Below are positions 1-8,203 of a DNA stretch of 64,000 bases, one piece after another. The translations under genes and the position numbers were made by a program. Position 1 is the first letter of the stretch; each line of letters starts with the position of its first letter. Source of the DNA: an uncultured Erysipelotrichaceae bacterium (GTDB taxonomy: Bacteria; Bacillota_I; Bacilli_A; RFN20; CAG-826); NCBI GenBank assembly GCA_902797855.1, contig CADBUI010000010.1:39370-103369 (forward strand), read 5' to 3'. The notes below the pieces were generated by a model that was given only the letters and a program-made list of their open reading frames with translations, was not told the origin of the DNA and did not search any database.

Positions 1-32
1 TTACTATGTAAATAAAAGTTTTTGCATTTTAT

Positions 33-60
33 TTGACAATGAAAAAAATGATACTAGAAT
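33..60 (+). promoter_or_regulatory. candidate sigma-70 promoter
   Basis: TTGACA (33-38), 16-nt spacer, TAGAAT (55-60), upstream of the small ORF at 134. Confidence 0.4.
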
Positions 61-133
61 GTAACCAATCATAGGACGATACCTTGTCCCAAGCAAGACA
101 CTAAACTACTTATTGAAAGGAAGGTATTGTCTA

Positions 134-367
134 ATGAAATATTACGAACTTAACGCTATAGTGAATGGCGAACCAGTCAAACTTAAAAAGTCACTGTTTA
201 GTTCGAGAACTGAAGCAATTGATTATATGTTTCACTATTTCGATGAACACTATCTTTACAGTTTGAGCGTAGAAGATGAGTATGCGATTAATCATAATAA
301 ACATTCGATTGAATATGTTTGTAACTTCCATAATCGCTTTAGAGTTACTAGACTAATCGCAGCGTAA
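134..367 (+). CDS. hypothetical small protein (77 aa)
   Basis: ATG at 134 preceded by GAAAGGAAGG about 9 nt upstream. The track start at 113 is a TTG extension. No family recognised. Confidence 0.45.
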   Translation: MKYYELNAIVNGEPVKLKKSLFSSRTEAIDYMFHYFDEHYLYSLSVEDEYAINHNKHSIEYVCNFHNRFRVTRLIAA

Positions 368-377
368 TCTTAAAAAA

Positions 378-394
378 GTCTGGCATAGCCAGAC
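378..394 (-). terminator. rho-independent terminator between convergent genes
   Basis: GTCTGGC-ATA-GCCAGAC hairpin, followed by U6 on the minus strand just after the stop at 402. Confidence 0.6.
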
Positions 395-401
395 ATAATC
401 G

Positions 402-1670
402 TTAATATAACCTCTTTCTAAGACCTTTTGGATAGAGGTTTTTTAATTGGTTATTCACTAAGTGAGCCACTCCAAGAATTATTCCTTTATAGCTCACAAA
501 ATAATATCCATTATCTTTTATGATATTTGATAATGATTCACCTAAAATATATTTTTTAATGTCTTTTTCATCTAAATCAATGATGTTTTTAGCATCTTTC
601 ACATAATGTGAGTAGTGGTGAGTTGGAATTATTTTATCTTTTATAGATGTAGATATAAATAATCCCGGACGAAGTGATAATTCACTTAATTTTAAGAATC
701 GGTCACTATTTGAAAGGTAATTCTCACAGATAGTTTCTCCACCTTTAGAGATAACTTTGCGGCTTATATTTTTGCTAACATCTTTACTAATAGTAAGTTC
801 ACCAGGTTTTTTAATTAAAGCAATATATTGTCCTTCTCCAGAAAATAATGATGGAAATAAATGAACAGTTTGAGGCATTGAATTATGACGATATTCACCA
901 TTAAAATGAGGAATATTCACTAGTTCAGCATCAGTGTTATCTAATAGATAAGAAACAACTTCTTCGTCTTCTTCATATGAATATGAGCAAGTTGAATAAA
1001 TAAGTGTCCCGCCTTCTTTTAGCATTGAGTAAGCGACTAGAATCAAATCTTTTTGGATAAAGGAATTTTTAATTACTTTTTCCATCGACCAATCTTTCTT
1101 CATCTCTTCACTTTTTCTAAACATTCCTGATCCTGAACATGGAGCGTCTAATATAATCACATCAAAAGTATTTAAATAATCTTTATATATCTTCGAAAAG
1201 TCGAGAGAAGTCACCATGACATTTCCTAAACCTAGTCTTTCGATGTTACTTAGTAGGGTAATCGCTCTAGCTTTAGATAAGTCATTAGCCACTAATATTC
1301 CTTTGTCCTTCATTTTTAATGAGGCTTGAATTGTTTTTCCTCCAGGAGCAGCGCACATATCAAGTACTCTCATACCTTCTTTAATAGGAAGAAAATAGCT
1401 AACAAGCATCGCGGAAGGATCTTGGATATAATAGCAACCTAATTCATGATAGATGTTGTTTCCAAGTTGATATTCATCCTTATCAAAAAGGAATCCATTA
1501 GGAACGACTGGATGAGGTTTTAGATTAGGAAACAAAGAAAGCAGAGTTTCCTTACTCATCTTATTTGTGTTCAAAAATAATCCTTTTTGCTCTTTATTAG
1601 CAAAAGAATCAAATAGATTATCAATTTCTTCTTTAGATAAATATTTTTCTAAGTTTTCTTTTAAATTCAT
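402..1670 (-). CDS. NOL1/NOP2/Sun family RNA m5C methyltransferase (RsmF-like)
   Basis: 422 aa with the SAM-binding DMCAAPGGKT, DAPCSGSGMFRK and TCSYS motifs typical of RsmB/RsmF enzymes, plus a C-terminal extension. Confidence 0.85.
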   Translation of the reverse strand: MNLKENLEKYLSKEEIDNLFDSFANKEQKGLFLNTNKMSKETLLSLFPNLKPHPVVPNGFLFDKDEYQLGNNIYHELGCYYIQDPSAMLVSYFLPIKEGMRVLDMCAAPGGKTIQASLKMKDKGILVANDLSKARAITLLSNIERLGLGNVMVTSLDFSKIYKDYLNTFDVIILDAPCSGSGMFRKSEEMKKDWSMEKVIKNSFIQKDLILVAYSMLKEGGTLIYSTCSYSYEEDEEVVSYLLDNTDAELVNIPHFNGEYRHNSMPQTVHLFPSLFSGEGQYIALIKKPGELTISKDVSKNISRKVISKGGETICENYLSNSDRFLKLSELSLRPGLFISTSIKDKIIPTHHYSHYVKDAKNIIDLDEKDIKKYILGESLSNIIKDNGYYFVSYKGIILGVAHLVNNQLKNLYPKGLRKRLY

Positions 1671-1762
1671 TACGAAATTAATTATACATAGAACGATTTT
1701 TTTCTTAAATAGATTTTATCTATTATGACTTTATGCTATATTTAAAATGAGGTTTTATTTTT

Positions 1763-3067
1763 ATGAGAATGGTTGATATTATTACGAAAAAACGTGATGG
1801 CGGTGAACTTACCGACCAAGAAATCACATTTTTTGTTAATGGATACGTTGAAGGAAAGATTCCTGATTATCAAGTATCCGCATTACTTATGGCAATCCTT
1901 TTTAAAGGAATGTCTCGTAGAGAAATCGTTACGCTTACCGATAGAATGGAACATTCTGGTGATGTAATGGATCTTAGCTCAATTAAAGGAATCAAAGTTG
2001 ATAAGCACTCTACCGGTGGAGTTGGAGACAAGACAAGTCTTGCTTTAGGACCAATGGTCGCTGCTTGTGGCGTTAAAGTCGCTAAGATGAGCGGTCGTGG
2101 TTTAGGACACACTGGTGGAACACTAGATAAACTTGAATCAATCCCAGGACTTAATGTCTATGTAAGTGAAGAAAAATTCGCTGAAGAAGTTAATAAGATT
2201 GGTTTAGCAATCGTTGGTCAAACCGGTTCATTAGTTCCAGCTGATAAGAAGTTATATGCTCTTAGAGATGTTACTGGAACCGTTGAATCTACACCTCTTA
2301 TCGCTAGCTCAGTTATGTCTAAAAAGCTCGCTAGCGGAAGCGATTGTATACTTTTAGATGTTAAATTCGGTAATGGCGCATTCATGAAGAATGCTGAAAA
2401 AGCTGAAGAACTCGCACATATTATGTGCGATATCGGTAACGACTTAGGTAGAGATACCCGTGCAGTCCTTACCGACATGGAACAACCTCTTGGTTTAGCA
2501 GTTGGTAACTCCCTTGAAGTTAAAGAAGCTATTGATACTCTTAAAGGACATGGTCCAAAAGATTTCGAAGAGCTTTGTCTACGTAGTGGTGCAATTATGC
2601 TAGAACAAGCGAAAGTTGTTAAATCCGAAGAAGAAGGTATCAAAATGCTTAAAGGTGTTATCGCAGATGGTAGTGCTTTTGAGAAATTTAGACAACTTGT
2701 CATCGAACAAGGTGGCGATGTCAGCTATATCGATCATCCAGAAAAATTTGAAGTCTCTAAAAATATTATCGAAGTTAAAGCATCTAAAGATGGCTATGTT
2801 AAACGCATTGTCGCTTTAGAAATCGGTGAAAGTGCGATGAGACTAGGCGCAGGAAGAGAAACATTTGATGATGTTATCGATATGTCTGCCGGTATCGTTT
2901 TAAATAAGAAAGTTGGTAGTAAGGTTTCTAAAGGCGATCTTCTTTGCACAGTTTACACAAATAAAGAAGATTACGCTGAAATCATTAAAGATATCGAAAA
3001 AGCCTTCGTTATCGTTGATGAATTTGTACCTGTTCCACCAACAGTACATGCTTATATTCATAAATAA
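1763..3067 (+). CDS. pdp: pyrimidine-nucleoside phosphorylase
   Basis: 434 aa. The N-terminus MVDIITKKRDGGELTDQEITFFVNGY and the HSTGGVGDKTS motif are characteristic of Pdp/DeoA. Confidence 0.93.
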   Translation: MRMVDIITKKRDGGELTDQEITFFVNGYVEGKIPDYQVSALLMAILFKGMSRREIVTLTDRMEHSGDVMDLSSIKGIKVDKHSTGGVGDKTSLALGPMVAACGVKVAKMSGRGLGHTGGTLDKLESIPGLNVYVSEEKFAEEVNKIGLAIVGQTGSLVPADKKLYALRDVTGTVESTPLIASSVMSKKLASGSDCILLDVKFGNGAFMKNAEKAEELAHIMCDIGNDLGRDTRAVLTDMEQPLGLAVGNSLEVKEAIDTLKGHGPKDFEELCLRSGAIMLEQAKVVKSEEEGIKMLKGVIADGSAFEKFRQLVIEQGGDVSYIDHPEKFEVSKNIIEVKASKDGYVKRIVALEIGESAMRLGAGRETFDDVIDMSAGIVLNKKVGSKVSKGDLLCTVYTNKEDYAEIIKDIEKAFVIVDEFVPVPPTVHAYIHK

Positions 3068-3522
3068 TGAAGGTTGTTATTCAAAACGTCATAAACGCTA
3101 GCGTTACAATCTCAGATAAAGTCGTGGGAGAAATATCTCACGGCTTTCTTATCTTGGTTGGTTTTACTTATGGTGATGACATAGAAACCATTAATAAAAT
3201 GGCGGAGAAAATCACTAAGTTAAGAGTGTTCCAAGACGAAAATGGAAAGACCAACTTATCTTTAAAAGATAAATGTGGAGAAATATTGTCTGTTAGTCAG
3301 TTTACTTTATATGCAAGTGTTAAAGACGGGAATCGTCCAAGTTTTATTAATGCACTTGAACCAAAACTAGCGAGTAATTACTATGACATATTTAATGAGA
3401 AACTAAGAGAACTTGGATTTAAAGTTGAAACTGGTGTTTTTGGAGCAGATATGAAAGTTGCTTTGATAAATGAGGGACCATTTACACTTGTGCTTGATAG
3501 TAAGGAATTATTTAATAAATGA
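3067..3522 (+). CDS. dtd: D-aminoacyl-tRNA deacylase
   Basis: 151 aa with the SQFTLYA and GNRPSF motifs. TAATG overlap with pdp and ATGA overlap with mnmA. Confidence 0.92.
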   Translation: MKVVIQNVINASVTISDKVVGEISHGFLILVGFTYGDDIETINKMAEKITKLRVFQDENGKTNLSLKDKCGEILSVSQFTLYASVKDGNRPSFINALEPKLASNYYDIFNEKLRELGFKVETGVFGADMKVALINEGPFTLVLDSKELFNK

Positions 3523-4646
3523 AAGTTTTAATTGGATTATCAGGAGGCGTTGATAGCGCAGTTGCAGCCTATCTACTAAAGAAACAAGGTTACGAAGTAA
3601 TTGGTTGTTTTATGCGTAACTGGGACGCTTTCGCAAATAATGATTTTCTAGGTAATCCAACTGTAAATGATGATCAATGTCCTCAAGAGAAAGATTATCA
3701 AGACGCTCAAAAAGTCGCAAAACAACTTGGTATTGAACTATTAAGAGTGGACTTCATTAAAGAATATTGGGATCATGTCTTCTCTTTCTTTATTAGTGAA
3801 TATCAATCTGGAAGAACACCAAATCCAGATATTTTATGCAATAAATACATCAAGTTTGATGCTTTTTATGAATTCGCTAAATCAAAAGGAATTGATACTA
3901 TCGCTATGGGTCATTACGCCAAAAGAGTAGAAAAAGATGGCCACTATTATTTAGCGAAATGCTATGACGAAAATAAAGACCAAACATATTTCCTTTCTCA
4001 AATTAATGAAGCGCAAATTAAATCCTGTTTATTTCCTTTAGGAGATATCGATAAATCCGAAGTGAGAAGAATCGCTCACGAACTAAATCTAGTTATCGCT
4101 GATAAAAAAGATTCTACTGGGGTGTGCTTTATTGGAGAAAGAAATTTCCGTGAATTCTTAAAAAATTATATCCCTGCTCAAAAAGGAAATATCGTTGATA
4201 TTGATACAAATAAAGTTATTGGAACGCATAAAGGTGTCTATTATTACACGATTGGCCAGCATAAAGGGCTAGGAATCGGGGGAATAAGCGGAGAGACAGC
4301 CTCTGGATGGTTCATTGTCAAAAAAGACGCTAAAAAGAACATTTTATATGTTACTAGAGGTGACACTCAGAAATATCTAATGTCTAATAAATGCATTGTT
4401 AGAAAACTTAATATTATTAATCCTAATGAAATTTTCCCTCAAGAAGTTGGAGTGAAATTCCGTTATCGACAAAAAGATCATCCTGCAACAATAAATAAAG
4501 TAGGGGACGAAATAATCGTCACTTATGACTACTATAAAGCAGTCACAACTGGCCAAGAAGCAGTCTTCTACAATAAAGATGGTCTACTTATCGCAAGTGG
4601 AACAATCGATGAAGTCTATCGAGATGATGAAAGGATTGATATATAA
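3519..4646 (+). CDS. mnmA: tRNA-specific 2-thiouridylase
   Basis: 375 aa with the PP-loop GLSGGVDSAVAAYLL and overall MnmA architecture. Confidence 0.93.
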   Translation: MKVLIGLSGGVDSAVAAYLLKKQGYEVIGCFMRNWDAFANNDFLGNPTVNDDQCPQEKDYQDAQKVAKQLGIELLRVDFIKEYWDHVFSFFISEYQSGRTPNPDILCNKYIKFDAFYEFAKSKGIDTIAMGHYAKRVEKDGHYYLAKCYDENKDQTYFLSQINEAQIKSCLFPLGDIDKSEVRRIAHELNLVIADKKDSTGVCFIGERNFREFLKNYIPAQKGNIVDIDTNKVIGTHKGVYYYTIGQHKGLGIGGISGETASGWFIVKKDAKKNILYVTRGDTQKYLMSNKCIVRKLNIINPNEIFPQEVGVKFRYRQKDHPATINKVGDEIIVTYDYYKAVTTGQEAVFYNKDGLLIASGTIDEVYRDDERIDI

Positions 4647-4649
4647 AAA

Positions 4650-4679
4650 GCATCCATAAAAAATTGGATGCTTTTATTT
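4650..4679. terminator. bidirectional terminator between mnmA and the ABC operon
   Basis: GCATCCA-N8-TGGATGC hairpin with T-runs on both strands. Confidence 0.65.
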
Positions 4680-4693
4680 CAAAGAAATAACTA

Positions 4694-5710
4694 TTATTCG
4701 TTCTCGGCTTTTTTATCAGCTTCATCAAACATTTTTAATAAATCTTCAACGCTGAGTTTTTCTTTTTCTTTACCTTTAACATCAAGGATGATGTGACCTA
4801 GATGAAACATTATTAATCTATCTCCATAAGTCAAAGCGTCTTTCATATTATGAGTGACCATTAATGTTGTCATCTTATTTTCTCTAACAACCTTATTAGT
4901 TAGTTCAAGAACTTTCTTTGCAGTCTTTGGATCAAGGGCAGCAGTGTGTTCATCAAGGAGAAGGATTTGTTTTGTTAGATCAAATTTTTCTCTAATTTGT
5001 CTATCAAATTCATCTTTTGCGTTCCTTATCATTTCTTTTTTATCATTTTTAGAAATAGATGAATCAAGTTTAATTGTTCTAATATGTTCATCTAATATTG
5101 CTTTTTTGGATGAAAATTCTTGATCGAATTCCTTTCGTGCGTCTTCTTCTTTTAGACCACTAAAAAGAATGTAGTCGCGTCTCATCATTTGATAAGTAGG
5201 GTTATTTCTCATAGTGGCCATTAACAAAGTTAATGCTTGTCGTTGTCCACCTGACATTACGCCTACTTTTTGAGATAGTCTATCTTCTAAACCTAAATCA
5301 AATCGCTTTAGTTCATTTATAAAATATTCTTTATGTTTTTCACTAAAACCCCATTTAATTGGAGAATGTCTTCTTCCACGGTTATAGGCTATCTCAAGAT
5401 TTTCAAGCACTGACATATCTCCGGCGGTGCCTTTCATAGGATCTTGGAAGACACGACCAAAATAAGCCGCTCTTTGATATTCTTTAAGTTTAGTAATATC
5501 TCTTCCATTAAGTGTGATTATTCCTGAATCAGGTTTTAAAGAACCAGAAATAATATTTAAAGTAGTGGACTTTCCACTTCCATTACCTCCAATAATAGTC
5601 ACAAATTCACCAGGAGATATCGCTAATGAGATGTTATCTAAGGCGATTCTTTCATCATCAAGTGCGCCAGTAAGGTTAAATTTCTTAGTGACATTTTTTA
5701 ACTCTAGCAT
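4694..5710 (-). CDS. ABC transporter ATP-binding protein (putative Trp/Tyr-type system) with a large internal insertion
   Basis: Walker A GGNGSGKST, signature MSGGQRQ and Walker B ILLLDEHTAALD. It is 338 aa, versus about 260 aa recalled for this family. Confidence 0.9.
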   Translation of the reverse strand: MLELKNVTKKFNLTGALDDERIALDNISLAISPGEFVTIIGGNGSGKSTTLNIISGSLKPDSGIITLNGRDITKLKEYQRAAYFGRVFQDPMKGTAGDMSVLENLEIAYNRGRRHSPIKWGFSEKHKEYFINELKRFDLGLEDRLSQKVGVMSGGQRQALTLLMATMRNNPTYQMMRRDYILFSGLKEEDARKEFDQEFSSKKAILDEHIRTIKLDSSISKNDKKEMIRNAKDEFDRQIREKFDLTKQILLLDEHTAALDPKTAKKVLELTNKVVRENKMTTLMVTHNMKDALTYGDRLIMFHLGHIILDVKGKEKEKLSVEDLLKMFDEADKKAENE

Positions 5711-6703
5711 CTAAATCGCCTCCTTTACTTTCTTTGACTTAATCTTATCAATTAAGTGTTTGATTCCACTTTTTATAAGTGGAAGACATAAAGCTATCGT
5801 GATAAGCACTGCGTATAATAAGCTCTTTAATTCTGTTCTAAGTCCAAGTCTAGTCGCGATATTAACAATTGTGAAATAGATAATTGAGCCAAGGCTAACA
5901 GAGATGAGCCAGTTTTTAAATGAACGCTTACCAAATATTGTTTCTCCAACAATTATTGAGGCTAGTCCAATAACTAAATATCCTGTCGCAGATATAGTGG
6001 ATGCTGTTTTTGATTCTTGAACGACAAGTGCACCCGCTAAAGCAATAAGAGCATTGGAGATTGCAATGCAAACAATAGTGGCAATAGTGGTGTTAATTCC
6101 TTGAGCTTTTGCCATATTCTCGTTCATTCCCGTTGCTCTAATCGCCATTCCATATTTAGTTCCAAAGAAGAAGTAGATTATTAGCATAGCTAATATAACC
6201 ACTCCAAGCATCACAGCAATCTTGATAACATCTCCCCATGGGTTAGGAACAATATAGAAGTCTCCAACTTGCTCCCATGGATAGAATAAAGAATAAATTG
6301 TTTGTTGTGGCGATCCTTTAGTGACTAAATTTGTGAATGATACCTGGGCAGCGAATATATCGCTGTTACCACTTTGTAAACCCATAATAATCATCGAGAT
6401 TGAGCCAGTCGCAGTCATGGTGATAATTCCACTTAATAGCTTAGGAATATTTAATAATCTATTTAAGACACCAGTAATAATTCCACATATCGCGCCTCCA
6501 AGGACTGATACTAAAGTAGCTAGCCAAGGATTCACGCCATTAAATATCATCACTCCACAGATAGAAACACCGATTAGGAAACTACCTTCAGCTGTTAAAT
6601 CTGCAAAATCGAGTAAACGGTAGGTTAAAAAGATACCAAGTGCGAGTAGACAACATGGAAGACCGCTAGAGAATATATTTAGTATAAAATCTAAAAACTC
6701 CAT
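5711..6703 (-). CDS. ABC transporter permease (partner of the PF04392-type binding protein)
   Basis: 330 aa, polytopic and hydrophobic. It abuts the ATPase and SBP genes with gaps of 0-2 nt. Confidence 0.88.
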   Translation of the reverse strand: MEFLDFILNIFSSGLPCCLLALGIFLTYRLLDFADLTAEGSFLIGVSICGVMIFNGVNPWLATLVSVLGGAICGIITGVLNRLLNIPKLLSGIITMTATGSISMIIMGLQSGNSDIFAAQVSFTNLVTKGSPQQTIYSLFYPWEQVGDFYIVPNPWGDVIKIAVMLGVVILAMLIIYFFFGTKYGMAIRATGMNENMAKAQGINTTIATIVCIAISNALIALAGALVVQESKTASTISATGYLVIGLASIIVGETIFGKRSFKNWLISVSLGSIIYFTIVNIATRLGLRTELKSLLYAVLITIALCLPLIKSGIKHLIDKIKSKKVKEAI

Positions 6704-6705
6704 AA

Positions 6706-7695
6706 TTATCCTAAACTAATATCGCGGCACTTAGATGTGACGCTTTCTGGTAAACTAACACCAGCGGCAGCAGCGTTCGCGCTACTCATAACATATTCAC
6801 ATTCTTCTTTAGACATAAAGCCAACTGGAATTTCTCCAGCCTTCTTTTCTTTATTTAAAATAGAGACCGCCATCTTGCCAACTTCTTCACCAAGTTTAGT
6901 GTAATTAACACTGAGTGTTACGCTACCACAATCAGCAAGCATTCCCTCTTCGCCACAAACGACTAAGATACCACTTCCTTGAACAGCACTTTTCACGGCA
7001 TTAGTGTTTTTAGCAATATTGTTATCAGTTGGAATATAGATGGCATCAAGTCCATCAACTGAGGCGAGCGCACTTGCAGCGCTAGAAACATCACTTGGAC
7101 CAGTTGCGGTTTGAACAGATACACTGATACCGCTTGCTTCCAAAGCAGCCTTAGCTTTATTAGCTTGAACGACTGAATTTTGTTCACTTTGAGTGTATAA
7201 AATTCCCACCTTATCTGCAGCAGGATTACATTCTTTAATTAAACTAACTTGATCTTCAACTGGGTTAATATCACTTGTACCAGTAACAAATCCTTTTCCA
7301 TTTTCTAAAGAAGAGACAAGTCCTTTACCAACTGGATCAGTAACAGCGGTGAATAAGACTGGATTAGTGATACCTTTATCAATAGAAGCACTTAAAAGTG
7401 CTGCAGCAGGATCAGTCGCAATTCCTAAAGTCATATCACATCTACCAACGAGATCTTTGCTAAAGGCAACTATATCGGCTGCAACTCCTCCAGCGTTACG
7501 ATAGATAAATTCAACTTTATCTTCGTTATATCCAGCATTTGCGAGAGCTTTCTTAAAGCCTTCGCGAGCGTTATCAAGCGCTGGGAATTCAGATGGTTGA
7601 AGAATGCCAATCTTGATTTTTCCGTTTCCGGAGCATGATGCCATTAAAGTAGAAACTGCCATAATAGCGCCTAGTAATAAGATTTTCTTTTTCAT
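6706..7695 (-). CDS. ABC transporter substrate-binding lipoprotein, ABC_sub_bind (PF04392) family
   Basis: Lipobox LMAS|C. The KIGILQ..ALD..GF and TAVTDPV..GLV pattern is typical of the putative tryptophan/tyrosine transport SBP family. Confidence 0.88.
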   Translation of the reverse strand: MKKKILLLGAIMAVSTLMASCSGNGKIKIGILQPSEFPALDNAREGFKKALANAGYNEDKVEFIYRNAGGVAADIVAFSKDLVGRCDMTLGIATDPAAALLSASIDKGITNPVLFTAVTDPVGKGLVSSLENGKGFVTGTSDINPVEDQVSLIKECNPAADKVGILYTQSEQNSVVQANKAKAALEASGISVSVQTATGPSDVSSAASALASVDGLDAIYIPTDNNIAKNTNAVKSAVQGSGILVVCGEEGMLADCGSVTLSVNYTKLGEEVGKMAVSILNKEKKAGEIPVGFMSKEECEYVMSSANAAAAGVSLPESVTSKCRDISLG

Positions 7696-7719
7696 GTTTC
7701 CTTCTCCTTACATTTAAAT

Positions 7720-7749
7720 AAAAAATCTAGGTATCAGTGGGACACCTAG
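7720..7749 (-). terminator. attenuator terminator in the 5' leader of the ABC operon
   Basis: Minus-strand RNA CUAGGUGUC-CCACU-GAUACCUAG (9 bp including one G-U) followed by A-UUUUUU-A-UUU. It ends about 25 nt before the SBP start codon. Confidence 0.6.
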
Positions 7750-7820
7750 GACAATTTAATTATCTTCGGTGTCTAACACTTAAGTTTCCCACCGAAAATG
7801 TTATTTTTGCGATAGGAAAA

Positions 7821-7886
7821 TTACCTAAAGTAAAAATAATAAAAATAGAAGTATGCATTGAAGTTAACATTTTTAACTTTCATCAT
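7821..7886 (-). CDS. candidate regulatory leader peptide MMKVKNVNFNAYFYFYYFYFR
   Basis: AGGAG (7897-7893) lies 6 nt upstream of ATGATG. The ORF has 21 codons and 10 of the last 13 sense codons are Tyr/Phe. It lies between a candidate promoter and the terminator hairpin. Confidence 0.6.
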   Translation of the reverse strand: MMKVKNVNFNAYFYFYYFYFR

Positions 7887-7910
7887 TTTGCGCTCCTATT
7901 TGTTGAATTT

Positions 7911-7939
7911 ATTTTATCATACCAATATTTCATTACTAG
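7911..7939 (-). promoter_or_regulatory. candidate extended -10 promoter for the leader transcript
   Basis: Minus strand TG-a-TAAAAT (7919-7911) with a weak -35 (CTAGTA/TAGTAA). Confidence 0.3.
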
Positions 7940-8080
7940 AAAAAAATATAAAAATGTCGATAAAATCGCAATTATTCTAATATTTAAGTATTTATAGGTG
8001 CCCTTGCACCCTTTCAAAGAATGATTTACAATATTATTGGTTTGGTGGGAACTAGGTAAATCATCTAGTCCCATCTTTTT

Positions 8081-8197
8081 TTAACCTTGGTGATTACTCA
8101 CTTTGATTAGATAAATCAGGATCAATAATATAACAATATATTCTATTGTTTCTCTCCTTTTACTAGGGGCAAGGGTCCTATAAACAGGATGAAACAT
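8081..8197 (-). CDS. unannotated small membrane protein (38 aa)
   Basis: GGAGG (8208-8204) lies 6 nt upstream of ATG 8197. Product is MFHPVYRTLAPSKRRETIEYIVILLILIYLIKVSNHQG, with one hydrophobic helix. It is below the 60-aa cutoff of the track. Confidence 0.45.
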   Translation of the reverse strand: MFHPVYRTLAPSKRRETIEYIVILLILIYLIKVSNHQG

Positions 8198-8203
8198 TTT
8201 GTT

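Noticed and set aside
7883-8074. 63-aa minus-strand ORF (MGLDDLPSSHQ...) between the 38-aa ORF and the leader peptide. Its TGA overlaps the leader ATG in an ATGA arrangement.
   Set aside because: There is no convincing SD (only AAGG about 10 nt upstream). It runs through both orphan hairpins and the predicted leader promoter, and no family is recognisable. I cannot fully exclude it. If real, the leader would be translationally coupled to it, so I left it unannotated rather than calling it.
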